Of a stretch of DNA of 64,000 nt, positions 34,695-43,969 are shown piece by piece; the first letter of the stretch is position 1, and every line of letters starts with the position of its first letter. The stretch lies in the NCBI GenBank assembly GCA_001275005.1, contig JWZX01003253.1, forward strand, positions 1 through 64,000. Reading direction: 5' to 3'. This DNA is from Chrysochromulina tobinii (taxonomy: Eukaryota). A model generated the notes under the pieces. That model saw nothing but the letters and a program-made list of their open reading frames with translations. It was not told the origin of the DNA and searched no databases. A program made the translations under genes and the position numbers.

Positions 34695-36260
34695 TCACGG
34701 CCTCCAACGAAGAGCAAGAGGTGTTGGCTGTGCGGGTGCTGGCCGGTGCTGGCGTCGCGGCGGCAGCGCTGGCGTTGGCAAGTTGGAGTGAGGTGTTGAT
34801 ACCAGCAGCAGGCTCGGACTCGGCACCACCCGAGCAGCAGCAGCAGCAGCTGCAGCACTTGCGGGCCTCGGCGGCGGCACCACGGCCACCGTGCGAAAGG
34901 TGCCACCTTTGGGCATTCGTATCGGCGGTGCCTTGGGTGCTGTTCTTTCAATGAGCACATTCATCCCCATACGATCGACGAGAGCCAATGCGAGGCGCGC
35001 GGGCGGCGCCACGGGCGGAGCACGTCTGAGGATTGGCACCGCCACAGCAGCAGCAGGGGCGGGAATAGGAGCCTCCGTCGACTCGAACTGTGAATTCAGC
35101 GGTGAAGTCAGAGACTCATCGAGCGTCGAGGCAAGCGTTGAGGACGGCTCGTCGAGAGCCGATGGCGGCGGCATCGAGCGTGAGCCGCCTTGAGCTCCGT
35201 GATCGTGGCCTCGAGCGTTCGCGCTCGAGCTGTGCACGCACGCGGAGCTGCAAGCTTCGCCGGCCGCCACTGCCGCGCCTGCGAGTTTCCAAGCGTGCCT
35301 TGGAGCCCCCGGCGGCACTATGGACGCGGCGTCAGCGACGTTGGCGCCCACTAAGGACGCGGCACTAAGGTCGCGAAGTGCGATCACCAGCCAATCAAAC
35401 GGCTTCTGGATCGAACTGTCGCGATCAAGCCAACGGGAAGGCGCAGAAAATTCGGTGGACCAGGAGTACTCGACGCGCTCTGCCGAAAGGACCCGCGTGA
35501 ACCCACACTCGGCGAGCAGCCTTTTGATGTCGGCCAGCCGATAATGCTGAGTGCGCACGCCCCAGCGCTGGAAGACGCCGCGGTGCTCGTCCGATGGACA
35601 CGACGCCTCGGCCGCCTCTTCGTCGTCGTCGCGCTCATAGCCGCGCCGGCGGCGTTCCTTAGCCCACTTGACGTGCGTCGCGCTGATGTTGAGCGCGGAT
35701 GCGACCGCCGGGACAAGCAGCACGAGCTTGCCGCCCGGCCGCACCGAGGCCCCCATGACTGCCATGATGTTGGAGATGGTCGTGGCCTCAGGGCTCAAAA
35801 GCACATTCATGCACAACCCAACATCGCACGCCGGCAGTCCGAGGCGTTTCACCGAGCCGTTGGCCCCGAGGTCAGCCACCTGTAAGTCCACGTTCTGCAG
35901 CTTGTGATTCTCGACCACGTCCTTGCGTGCCAAGTCCAGCAAAGCAGCGGAAATGTCCAAGCCGAGCACGTGGCGGCAGCGAGGCGAGACGAACTTAAGG
36001 TAGCGCCCGCCTCCGCATCCAAAATCGATGAGCTCGTCGGACTTGCCAATGTGAGCGTTCAGCGCTTTCTTTATGACGCCTGAAGTATCACAAATGAACG
36101 TGTCTTGGATGTCTTCCCAAGCCGTCGCCGCAGCATCCCAGTATCGGACATTGGAAACGCCTGGGGCTTCTGCCAGGGAGACCATCTGCTGTATGCACCG
36201 CGTGTTACGGACCACGATGGTGGTCAGAGGTGTTGCGCTCTTGGGTCGGGTCTTTGGCAT
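34695..36260 (-). CDS. Class I SAM-dependent methyltransferase with low-complexity C-terminal tail
   Basis: YWDAAA..W; LIDFGCGGG (motif I); VLGLDIS..LL..A; VADL; VRPGGKLVLL. Start at ATG 36260 or 36185. Confidence 0.85.
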   Translation of the reverse strand: MPKTRPKSATPLTTIVVRNTRCIQQMVSLAEAPGVSNVRYWDAAATAWEDIQDTFICDTSGVIKKALNAHIGKSDELIDFGCGGGRYLKFVSPRCRHVLGLDISAALLDLARKDVVENHKLQNVDLQVADLGANGSVKRLGLPACDVGLCMNVLLSPEATTISNIMAVMGASVRPGGKLVLLVPAVASALNISATHVKWAKERRRRGYERDDDEEAAEASCPSDEHRGVFQRWGVRTQHYRLADIKRLLAECGFTRVLSAERVEYSWSTEFSAPSRWLDRDSSIQKPFDWLVIALRDLSAASLVGANVADAASIVPPGAPRHAWKLAGAAVAAGEACSSACVHSSSANARGHDHGAQGGSRSMPPPSALDEPSSTLASTLDESLTSPLNSQFESTEAPIPAPAAAVAVPILRRAPPVAPPARLALALVDRMGMNVLIERTAPKAPPIRMPKGGTFRTVAVVPPPRPASAAAAAAAARVVPSPSLLLVSTPHSNLPTPALPPRRQHRPAPAQPTPLALRWRP

Positions 36261-37198
36261 TTCGCCCACAGTATGGCGATGGGGAGCGCCGCGCCGATCA
36301 CGGCGGCGAGCGCAGGTGGTGCGTGAAGAAAGAGGTGGTGGCAATTGTCTGTGAAGTGGGTCTGGCGTTTTTGAAGTGAACGTTAGGAAGATCCTCTTGA
36401 AAACGAAAAAGACGCGACCGACAACCGTGACAACCGTGCAACTTTGTGTGTGAAGGTTTTGCGCTTTTGCCCACGATGGTGACGGGGAGCGCCCGCGCCG
36501 ATCACGGCGGCGAGCGAGATGAGGCGCAGGTGGTGGCCGTGCGCGACGCGCCGTGTAGACCGTGCGGTCGGTTAGCGGTCGGTGCACCCCTCGACGCGCG
36601 CCTCGGCGTGCCACCATCAGGGCATTTTGCCATCGCTAGCTTGGCGTGCACGACGCGCAGCGTGCTGCACGCACGGCCGTGCCGATACGCCGAGGCAGCT
36701 CGGGCGTGCTGCGGGCTGAGAGCGGGTCTTACAGGCCGATGAACCTGCCGCTGCGTGCTCCAATGCTGACCTTAGCGACGAAGGCGGCGCAAGTGGCGGC
36801 GGCGCAAGCGGCGGCGGCGCAAGTGACGACGGCGGCGACGGCGGTGGCAGGGAAGGCGATGAAACACAAATCGAAAGTCGAACAATGAAACACAAATCGA
36901 AACTCGAAAGTCTCTTGGCTGTTGACAGTTGGCTCGTCGCTGCCACAGTACGAGCAGATTGCTATCCACCTCTTGCTGGTTGACCACACACGGAAGGGGC
37001 ACGTGCTTCCAGCGTCGCTCCGACGATGCTCGATGGCATGGGGTTCTGGAGAACGAGTTCGTCGCCCACCGCCATGGCTCTGGCTGTGCAGGTCGGCACG
37101 TCGTCGTCCGAGTCCGAGCCCTCACTGGCATGTGTCGCGTCGCCCTTCTTTGGGATGTGATCCAAGCGGTGAGTGCGCTCTCCGGGCCACGCTCTCCG

Positions 37199-37334
37199 GC
37201 CACGTCACGAAGGCCTCTGGTCCTCCCTTTGCTGCCACGTCACGAAGGCCTCTGGTCCTCCCTTTGCTGCCACGTCACGAAGGCCTTTGGTCCTCCCTTT
37301 GCTGCCACGTCACGAAGGCCACGTCACGAAGGCC
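37199..37334. repeat. 35-bp minisatellite, 3 full units plus 2 partial
   Basis: GCCACGTCACGAAGGCCTCTGGTCCTCCCTTTGCT x3 (one substitution), then GCCACGTCACGAAG x2. Confidence 0.95.
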
Positions 37335-37552
37335 GCAACGTCGCACAACGAGGGGCGGGGGAGAAGAGTTTGACGTAGCCGCCCTCGCCTACGATTGCCA
37401 AAAGACCGTGAGCACGTAGCGAGGCCATGGCCCGTGGTACGTCGTCTAGGACCTGCCCAATTCGGTTGTAGCACCCGTCACGGCCCGTCCACTCCCCGAG
37501 CTCGAAAGTGAAGCCCCCTCCCTCCTCGTACATGAGCAGCACGGTGCCACAC
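37324..37552 (-). pseudogene. Orphan coding fragment with host-like codon usage
   Basis: CGTVLLMYEEGGGFTFELGEW...LRAHGLLAIVGEGGYVKLFSP with high GC3; it begins just beyond the 37558-37620 inverted repeat and runs into the minisatellite. Family not recognised. Confidence 0.35.
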
Positions 37553-37557
37553 AGTCA

Positions 37558-37620
37558 AAGCAACAAGTCGCTTGTTGGATAAATCGTGACTCGTGTCGAC
37601 TGTCGACCGACTTGTTGCTT
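37558..37620. repeat. 13-bp inverted repeat immediately downstream of the dioxygenase stop codon
   Basis: AAGCAACAAGTCG (37558-37570) and CGACTTGTTGCTT (37608-37620), enclosing GTCGACTGTCGAC. Confidence 0.85.
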
Positions 37621-37624
37621 CTGA

Positions 37625-38611
37625 TCAGCTAAACACGCTCCCCATGTTCGCGGTCCACCAATCTGCCTGATCTGGCGCCGCCCTGGATCGCGTGGGTGGG
37701 GCCGGGTGTCGCACGAATAGGTCCACAGACCAAGAGTCGTGATTGGCCGAGCCTCCACTCTCGAAGAGTGTGCGCCGCATCGGCAGCAAATCCTGCTTCA
37801 CCCAGCTCTTGGGGACCATGCAAATGGGCACGGCGACACGCACCGGCTGGACCGGTCCGACTGGCAGCCGCTGGCGCCGTGCAGCCCGATCCATGTCGGT
37901 GACTGGCGGCGGATTGACTGGCGCCGGAGGTTTGGATCCGTGACGGCATCCAGAGTCCCAACAAATGAGATCTCCAGGCTGAGCGTGGACTCGCTTCCAT
38001 GGTAGGTCGTCTCTGCGATCAAAGTTCTCCCCAGGGCAGCAGATGAAGCCGCCCGTCTCAGCTGTGCTCTTTGTTAAGACGCAAAGGCTCTGGACCAATC
38101 GGATGGGCTCGATGGGCCGGACGCCGAGGCCGTCGGGTCGAGGCACGCTCGAGAGCGACCCGGATTCGAGATACAAGGAATCTGGCCGGTCTCGATGCAG
38201 CGAGACTCCTTGTGTCCGCTCCCGCCACAAGATCAGTGCATCCATGGAGGTAAGCAGCGCATCATGTCGAGGCACATTCCATATGTTTGCAAACACGTCT
38301 TGCACACCGGTGGCTCCTCGCGCACGCCAAGCTCCTTCGCATTGACCTGCACCTCCTGCCGCCACTAGGCCATTGCCGTTAGGACATCCTCCCTTGCTAG
38401 TCCACTCTGCAAGCCAGTTCTGAATTGCATGCAGGGCAACACGTGCTTCTTCAGCTGGCAATGCACCTTGTACCACAACGACTCCATATGTTCGAAGATG
38501 CTCTTTAGCCTGCTGAGCTTGCGCGAGCGGGAAATAAAATTCGGCGGAAAGCGGCGCGCCGTCGGCGCTGGTGGCCTCTTCACCGTTGTGGTTGCGTTTC
38601 TTGCCCGACAT
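37625..38611 (-). CDS. PhyH-like Fe(II)/2-oxoglutarate dioxygenase
   Basis: L..YGVVVV...L; LLTSMDA; HRD (HxD); VQSL..L......GGF.C.PG; PGDLICWDSGCRH (distal His); RVAVPICM.P. Intronless, with weaker GC3 bias than neighbours. Confidence 0.85.
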   Translation of the reverse strand: MSGKKRNHNGEEATSADGAPLSAEFYFPLAQAQQAKEHLRTYGVVVVQGALPAEEARVALHAIQNWLAEWTSKGGCPNGNGLVAAGGAGQCEGAWRARGATGVQDVFANIWNVPRHDALLTSMDALILWRERTQGVSLHRDRPDSLYLESGSLSSVPRPDGLGVRPIEPIRLVQSLCVLTKSTAETGGFICCPGENFDRRDDLPWKRVHAQPGDLICWDSGCRHGSKPPAPVNPPPVTDMDRAARRQRLPVGPVQPVRVAVPICMVPKSWVKQDLLPMRRTLFESGGSANHDSWSVDLFVRHPAPPTRSRAAPDQADWWTANMGSVFS

Positions 38612-38751
38612 TTACTTGAGAACTCTCTCTCAGCCGTCTTGAGTTGCTGTTGCGCGCGGGGCTTCGCGTTGAAGTGCTGCTGCTGTGAAACACACAACGC
38701 GCACGCACTCCAGACCCCCAAGCACGGGGATTTTTGGACGGTGCTAGTGGA

Positions 38752-38848
38752 GCTTTTAGTGAGGCTTTTAGTGGATTTCCCTACAGCCGCGAGAGGCTTT
38801 TAGTTCCTCCTTCACGGCTTTTTCACGACCATTCGAGCGGCTTTTAGT
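38752..38848. repeat. Four dispersed GCTTTTAGT direct repeats upstream of the dioxygenase
   Basis: Copies at 38752, 38764, 38796 and 38840. Confidence 0.85.
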
Positions 38849-39910
38849 GCGCTTCCTCATGGCCTGTCAGCGCCCGTCATGGCCAGAACGGCAGGAGCCA
38901 AGGACAGCAAGCAAGCGGCCTGTCCCCGTTGAGCGAGCCACCGTCCTGCTGTGCTCGCTCGCCTTGCACAATCCACCCATCGCTGACACAGCGTGCTTCC
39001 TAAACCCGTGTGCAGGCTTTGAGCAACAGAAAGCGGCCCGGAGGCGGTCGCCGGGATGAGCAGGGCGGTGGTCAAGCGGCAGCGGTGGCCGTGATCACGA
39101 GCGCCTAGGTGCTGCCATGGCGGCTGGCAGGTGCTCAGCGGGCCACCTTGCCCCGGCAGGTCGTTTGGCGGCTGCGACCATGCTCGGCGATTGGTCAGCG
39201 GGCCGTCAGAGGCATGCGGCGCGATCTTCGCGCGTCGTCTTGACGCCTCGCACGGTCCCCGCTCTTGCATCACGCAAGCGCAAGACAGCCGTGGCCGAGC
39301 CGAGGCGGCCAGCACGGCAGCCGGCGAGCCTCCAGCGCAGCGCTGCGATAATCGGTAGAGGATGTGCACGCAGCGCTGCGTCGCCATGGGATACCCGCAG
39401 GTCCGCTCGAGTGCACGTCGACGAGTTCACTCACTCAACCCATACGCATGCCCCATTGGCCGATCACATGCACCTCGACCGTAATGCGGTCGTGATTGGT
39501 GGGTGATCAGCAAATGGTGCAGCTTTGCGTCTGCGAGGCCGGAGTGACAGAGGTGACACTGACAGGTAAGCGCCCCCGGTTTTTAGTCATTAGTGGACTC
39601 AACACTCATAAACGAACGCTCGATCATAATAGTGAAGGACCACGATACATCGAGATACAAAATAGAGGGGACGGTCCCCTGTTACAGATCGTTGACGTCG
39701 AAGAGCAAGACGGGCAATGTCTCTGGGCTGCCTCGGTGCTCGGACGTCACGCGCAAAACCGCAAATCTGGCTGCTCGTGCTGCGAGGTGCGAGCCCGCAC
39801 GATGCGCACGCATGTATGCGCGCGCAAACGCGTTCGCGTTCGCGTGCGCGCTGCGCTGCGCGCGCGTGAATGGCCTCTGTGCATGCGGTAGCCCAAAGCC
39901 CATCTAACGT

Positions 39911-40210
39911 TCAATCTTTCCCCTCTTTCTCCCCTCTTTTTCTCTTTTTTATTATCGTTCCACAAGCATGGGAAAAAAGCCAGCACGGGGGCCGCAATCG
40001 CGTTGAAGTCCTCCGGTCCACACTTCGAGCCCACTCTCTTTTAAATCTCCTCTTGATCTCGGCGTCTGACGAGTCTTGAACGCCGAGGTGTGTAAACGTT
40101 TGCTGCTGAGCGAGGTATTCATTGACTTGATCGGTGATGTTCGCCTCGATCGTTTGCTTAGTGAGGAACATGTACCCCACGGCGGCGACGAGCGCAAGAA
40201 CGAACAGCAT
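39911..40210 (-). CDS. Small hypothetical protein with N-terminal membrane anchor, low GC
   Basis: MLFVLALVAAVGYMFL after an AT-rich TTAAAATG context; the 3' end runs into a purine-rich tract and may be degenerate. Confidence 0.4.
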   Translation of the reverse strand: MLFVLALVAAVGYMFLTKQTIEANITDQVNEYLAQQQTFTHLGVQDSSDAEIKRRFKREWARSVDRRTSTRLRPPCWLFSHACGTIIKKRKRGEKEGKD

Positions 40211-40749
40211 TTTAATCAGGGCTTAGAATGATAATACAGAGTTACACGTAGACGAAATGCACGAAATGGTGGAAGCCGCCGTTCTGGAAGAACCAGTTGC
40301 CAAACGTGGCCTCCCCCGAGTCGCGGAACGCTCTGTAGAGCTCCTCGAGCACGCTTCGTAGTGTGTTGTGAACCATCGCATTCGCGCTTTCGTCGAGCTC
40401 GGCGGCGCGGTGAAAATCGGCGCGAGATTTTGACCTTGGGGGAGGGTTTCAACACTCAGGTAATTACCCTATGCGCTATGGTGTTTCTACATAGTGGAAA
40501 AAGCAGCACCAACCCTGGAGTTCAGCACCACTCGTTTTCCCTGGTCTGAACCGCTTTATTATCAGTAGTCCGGACCACGAAAAACTGGCCCAACCCTACT
40601 TTTCTCCGGTTCTCCCTACGTTTCTCCGAAGATCCCTAAGTGGAACGAGACCAAAACGTCCGTGCTCCCTCTGCAACGACGTGCACTCCTCACTCACATG
40701 GACATGCATGATCAAACAATGCTCAGGCTAGGTAGCCGCACTCTTGTGA

Positions 40750-42003
40750 TTAGCAATCGTGGGAATCCTCTCCGAAGCCGTATCCGTCCATGTCCACATT
40801 GTCGATCAAGATCGTTGCCCTTTCCTGCGCCTCCCTGACTGGCTTCACCATCGCCTTCACAACGACGACTTGCTCCTCGAGGTCCGCCACGTGCTTCGCT
40901 GCCGCCGATTGCCACATTAGGAGCGCACTTTGCAGCTCCTTCATCTCGAGCTCCTTGCTGCCATCCGAGTCCAGTGACGTGAACAGATCATCAAGCTCAG
41001 CGTCCGAGGCGGCCTGCAAGCCCGATCCGAGCGCGCGCACGTGAAAACGGAACTCGAGCTTGTCGACCTTGCCGTTGCCGTCCGTGTCCCAGCCGCCTTG
41101 CACATTCGACGGGGAAATGTCAGCCAACTTCTTGTTCCGCAGGGTGAGTACTTTGCCGATCCGGCTCTGCAAGGTAGGCTCGTTCCCCTTCATCAGTGCG
41201 AGCTTGGCGTCTTCAGCCTCGAGCTCCGCGGTGATCCGCGCCACTCGCCGAATCTCCTTGGCCACTGTCCGCAGCTCCGAGCAGCGGTTGCGGATCTCGG
41301 CCGCCTCGGTTTCGATGTCCTCGGTGTGCTTGCGCCACGCTGCGAGCGCTGGCTCGAGCTCCTCCGCATTGATGAATCCACTTTTGTTCAAGTCGAATTT
41401 GTCAAAAAGCTCATCGATCTTATGGATGCTGTCGTTCTGGCAGCCGGGCAGCTTCCGAATGTGCACGCGCCACTCCATCTTGGAGATTTTCTCATCCTTG
41501 TTCGTGTCCCATGCTAGGAAGGCCTCATCACGAGCGAGCATCTTCGAGGTGTTCTTGCCTGAAATGCCGAGTGCTTCGAGCCCCCTTCCAATCTTGGCCT
41601 CGAGGTCGTCGCCGATCTCTTCCACCGACTTCTCAAGTTTAGCGGCGAATGCCTCAAGTTGCTCCGACTCCTCGAAAAAGTACGAAGATGGAAACTCGAC
41701 ACGCTCCTTTTGGATCTTCAAGAGATGCCGCATGGACCTATTCAGTTCGGCGTGCTTCGCATGCCCGCGCCCGGCCTTGAGGTTGGTAGACGCGCCGACG
41801 TGACTCTCCTTCCACTTTTCGCGTTTGCCACCCACTTTCTCGCGGACTTTGTCGGCTAGTGCATCCACAATAGAGCTTCTCCGCCGCGCCATCGGTGGCG
41901 GTGGCGCGACTGGTTCTGCTTCAGCTGGCGCGCTACTGAACATGTTCCGCACCGAACGCGAGAGACTGCCTGCTTTGCCTTTGGGCGACTTCTTTGAGGG
42001 CAT
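40750..42003 (-). CDS. EF-hand calcium-binding protein (two EF pairs separated by a coiled coil)
   Basis: WDTNKDEKISKMEW, FDLNKSGFINAEE, WDTDGNGKVDKLEF, LDSDGSKELEMKE. Confidence 0.87.
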   Translation of the reverse strand: MPSKKSPKGKAGSLSRSVRNMFSSAPAEAEPVAPPPPMARRRSSIVDALADKVREKVGGKREKWKESHVGASTNLKAGRGHAKHAELNRSMRHLLKIQKERVEFPSSYFFEESEQLEAFAAKLEKSVEEIGDDLEAKIGRGLEALGISGKNTSKMLARDEAFLAWDTNKDEKISKMEWRVHIRKLPGCQNDSIHKIDELFDKFDLNKSGFINAEELEPALAAWRKHTEDIETEAAEIRNRCSELRTVAKEIRRVARITAELEAEDAKLALMKGNEPTLQSRIGKVLTLRNKKLADISPSNVQGGWDTDGNGKVDKLEFRFHVRALGSGLQAASDAELDDLFTSLDSDGSKELEMKELQSALLMWQSAAAKHVADLEEQVVVVKAMVKPVREAQERATILIDNVDMDGYGFGEDSHDC

Positions 42004-42157
42004 CTCAAGGTCGTGCAAGCTGGGTGTTCGCTCTGCGTGCGGTGTCGAGGCTCGAGGCTGACGATCCGGAGGCGCGAGGGGTGGTCCAGTGAGAAGGCCC
42101 GCGCGGGTGCCCCAATTCTTTCGCGCCGTAGTGAGCGCACCCCACTTGTTCTCACAT

Positions 42158-43798
42158 TTACGTACTGCCGATCGCTACGCTCTCAACGCCAACCGAGATA
42201 GTGGCGACTGCGCTCATCGCGCGCCCCACCACGGCCTCCGCTCGCGGCGGTTCGTCCTCCTCGCAATCGTCGTCGTCGCCATGGTCGTCGCCGCCGGGTT
42301 CCTCCAGGTCCCTCGCGAACAAGGCGAGCTCGGGCGCGAAGGCCTCGCCCATGGCAGCCCCCATGGCGGCCAGCTCGTCGCCCTCGTCATCGGCGCCTCC
42401 GGTGTCCTCAAGGACGTCGCCTAATTCGGTCTGGTACGAGGTGGTGCTACACGATGATCGGTCGTCCGCGCCGCCCTCGCGCCGCCGCCGGCGGCGAGCC
42501 ACCGCGCCGGCGCGCCGCGCCCTCGCCTTGACCCGCTCGACCTTCTTTTCGACCAGGATCGCGGGTGGCCCTCCCTCAGCTCCCTCTACGTGCGTCATCG
42601 ACTCGAGATCATACCCGAGCGCCTCATCTCCCGATTCGAGCTTGCCGACAAGATGGGTACGGATCAAGGCCGTGTGGTCGTTCGTGCCTAGGTCCCGCTC
42701 CCGGGCCACCGTCGCGTCCGCCACCACACCGCCGCCGCCCACACCGCCGCTGCCACCGCCGCCGCCGCCGCCACCGCCACCGCCGCCACCGTCGCCGCCG
42801 CTCCTCGTGCCTCCGGCGCGGGCCACCGCTTCCGCCTCCTCAATGTCGAGCACCACGTACGTCGTGAGTTGCGCACGCGTCGCCAACGGCTCAAACGGAT
42901 GGCGCCAATACGCGTCGGCGCCCACCTCGAGCGACTGACCGGAGATGGGATCGACCAGATGAAGGGAAGCGCCCACAGCGCTGACGAGGCACCAGCGACC
43001 AAGGCCGGCGGCGCCGTTCGTGAGGGCCTTGGGCAGCAGAACGAGGTCACCGCGACAGCACGGAGCCACCTCGACGGCCCACGTATACTTGACGTTCGAG
43101 GTGCCCGTCTTAGCGTTGGACGCGATCAGCGCCTGACTCGCCTTGGTGCGGCACGGAGCGATAGAGTGGAGGAGGTGGACGAAGCGTTGCGCGTGCTGCC
43201 GGCGCAGAAACGTGAAATCGAGCCCCTCCTTTGTCCGCTCGAGTTGGTACGCCACACGCAACCCTTGCTGCCGCCGACGCATCTCCACCTCCATCGCGAG
43301 CAGCGTGCGCGGGTAGTCGCAGCGCTGACGCAGCTGGACCTTGGACTGCCATGGGTCACGGGAGGCGTTCTGGGTGCACACGGTGCAATGACGCGTCTTG
43401 ACCACGAACTCAACCACGAAAGACTGCTGCAGCGACCGGCTTGTTAGCACATCGCGCGACACTGTTAGCTTGAGCTTGAGCCTGCGAGAGTGTGGCTCCT
43501 GCCAGATCCATGACGCGTCGACGAGGCGCACCTCCTTGAGGCCTCGCACGCGGCGCACGCACAATGCGAGCAGCTCGGCCGACTCCAGATCTGCCAGCAC
43601 CCACTGAGGATTGCGAAACCAGCGGCAGCTGCCATCCTGCTCACACGCCATGCACATCTCGATCTCGCACTCCCTGTCGATGCCCGTGGTGATGTCCACA
43701 GTAGCCGCGAGGCATATGATGCAACGCCCGTCAACGCACTGGTCGGACGGAGTGGGCTTGGCGCATAAGCAGCAAGCGATCGTCGGAGGCGTCTGCAT
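42158..43798 (-). CDS. NMD3: 60S ribosomal subunit export adaptor NMD3
   Basis: CCLC...C..C....VDIT.GI; WV.A.LES.ELLALC; VRLVDASWIWQEPHSRRLKLKLTV; W.SKVQLRQ; RTHL...L..GD.ALGYDL. An alternative ATG lies at 43888. Confidence 0.93.
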   Translation of the reverse strand: MQTPPTIACCLCAKPTPSDQCVDGRCIICLAATVDITTGIDRECEIEMCMACEQDGSCRWFRNPQWVLADLESAELLALCVRRVRGLKEVRLVDASWIWQEPHSRRLKLKLTVSRDVLTSRSLQQSFVVEFVVKTRHCTVCTQNASRDPWQSKVQLRQRCDYPRTLLAMEVEMRRRQQGLRVAYQLERTKEGLDFTFLRRQHAQRFVHLLHSIAPCRTKASQALIASNAKTGTSNVKYTWAVEVAPCCRGDLVLLPKALTNGAAGLGRWCLVSAVGASLHLVDPISGQSLEVGADAYWRHPFEPLATRAQLTTYVVLDIEEAEAVARAGGTRSGGDGGGGGGGGGGGGGSGGVGGGGVVADATVARERDLGTNDHTALIRTHLVGKLESGDEALGYDLESMTHVEGAEGGPPAILVEKKVERVKARARRAGAVARRRRRREGGADDRSSCSTTSYQTELGDVLEDTGGADDEGDELAAMGAAMGEAFAPELALFARDLEEPGGDDHGDDDDCEEDEPPRAEAVVGRAMSAVATISVGVESVAIGST

Positions 43799-43969
43799 CC
43801 CGGCCCGGCGCTCGCACGCCGTCTCGTGAGCCGTGTGCTGTCTGCTGAGAGGAGTCTGAGTCGGACCGTGAACGTTAACACGACTCATGAATACGGGTTC
43901 GGGTACCCGAGCTAGTCTACCCTACCCCCCCCCCCCCGCCGAAATCTATCTCTTCGCGCCACCAAGTGC

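Noticed and set aside
36261..36617. N-terminal 119 aa of the 640-aa methyltransferase ORF
   Set aside because: Runs through a duplicated, AT-richer promoter-like sequence; downstream ATGs fit the domain start better.
37199..37334. CRISPR-like array (35-bp repeats)
   Set aside because: Units are head-to-tail with no unique spacers, there are no cas genes and the context is eukaryotic.
38850..39900. Several overlapping 70-176-aa ORFs
   Set aside because: No frame shows consistent coding signal; possibly degraded sequence, but no feature can be supported.
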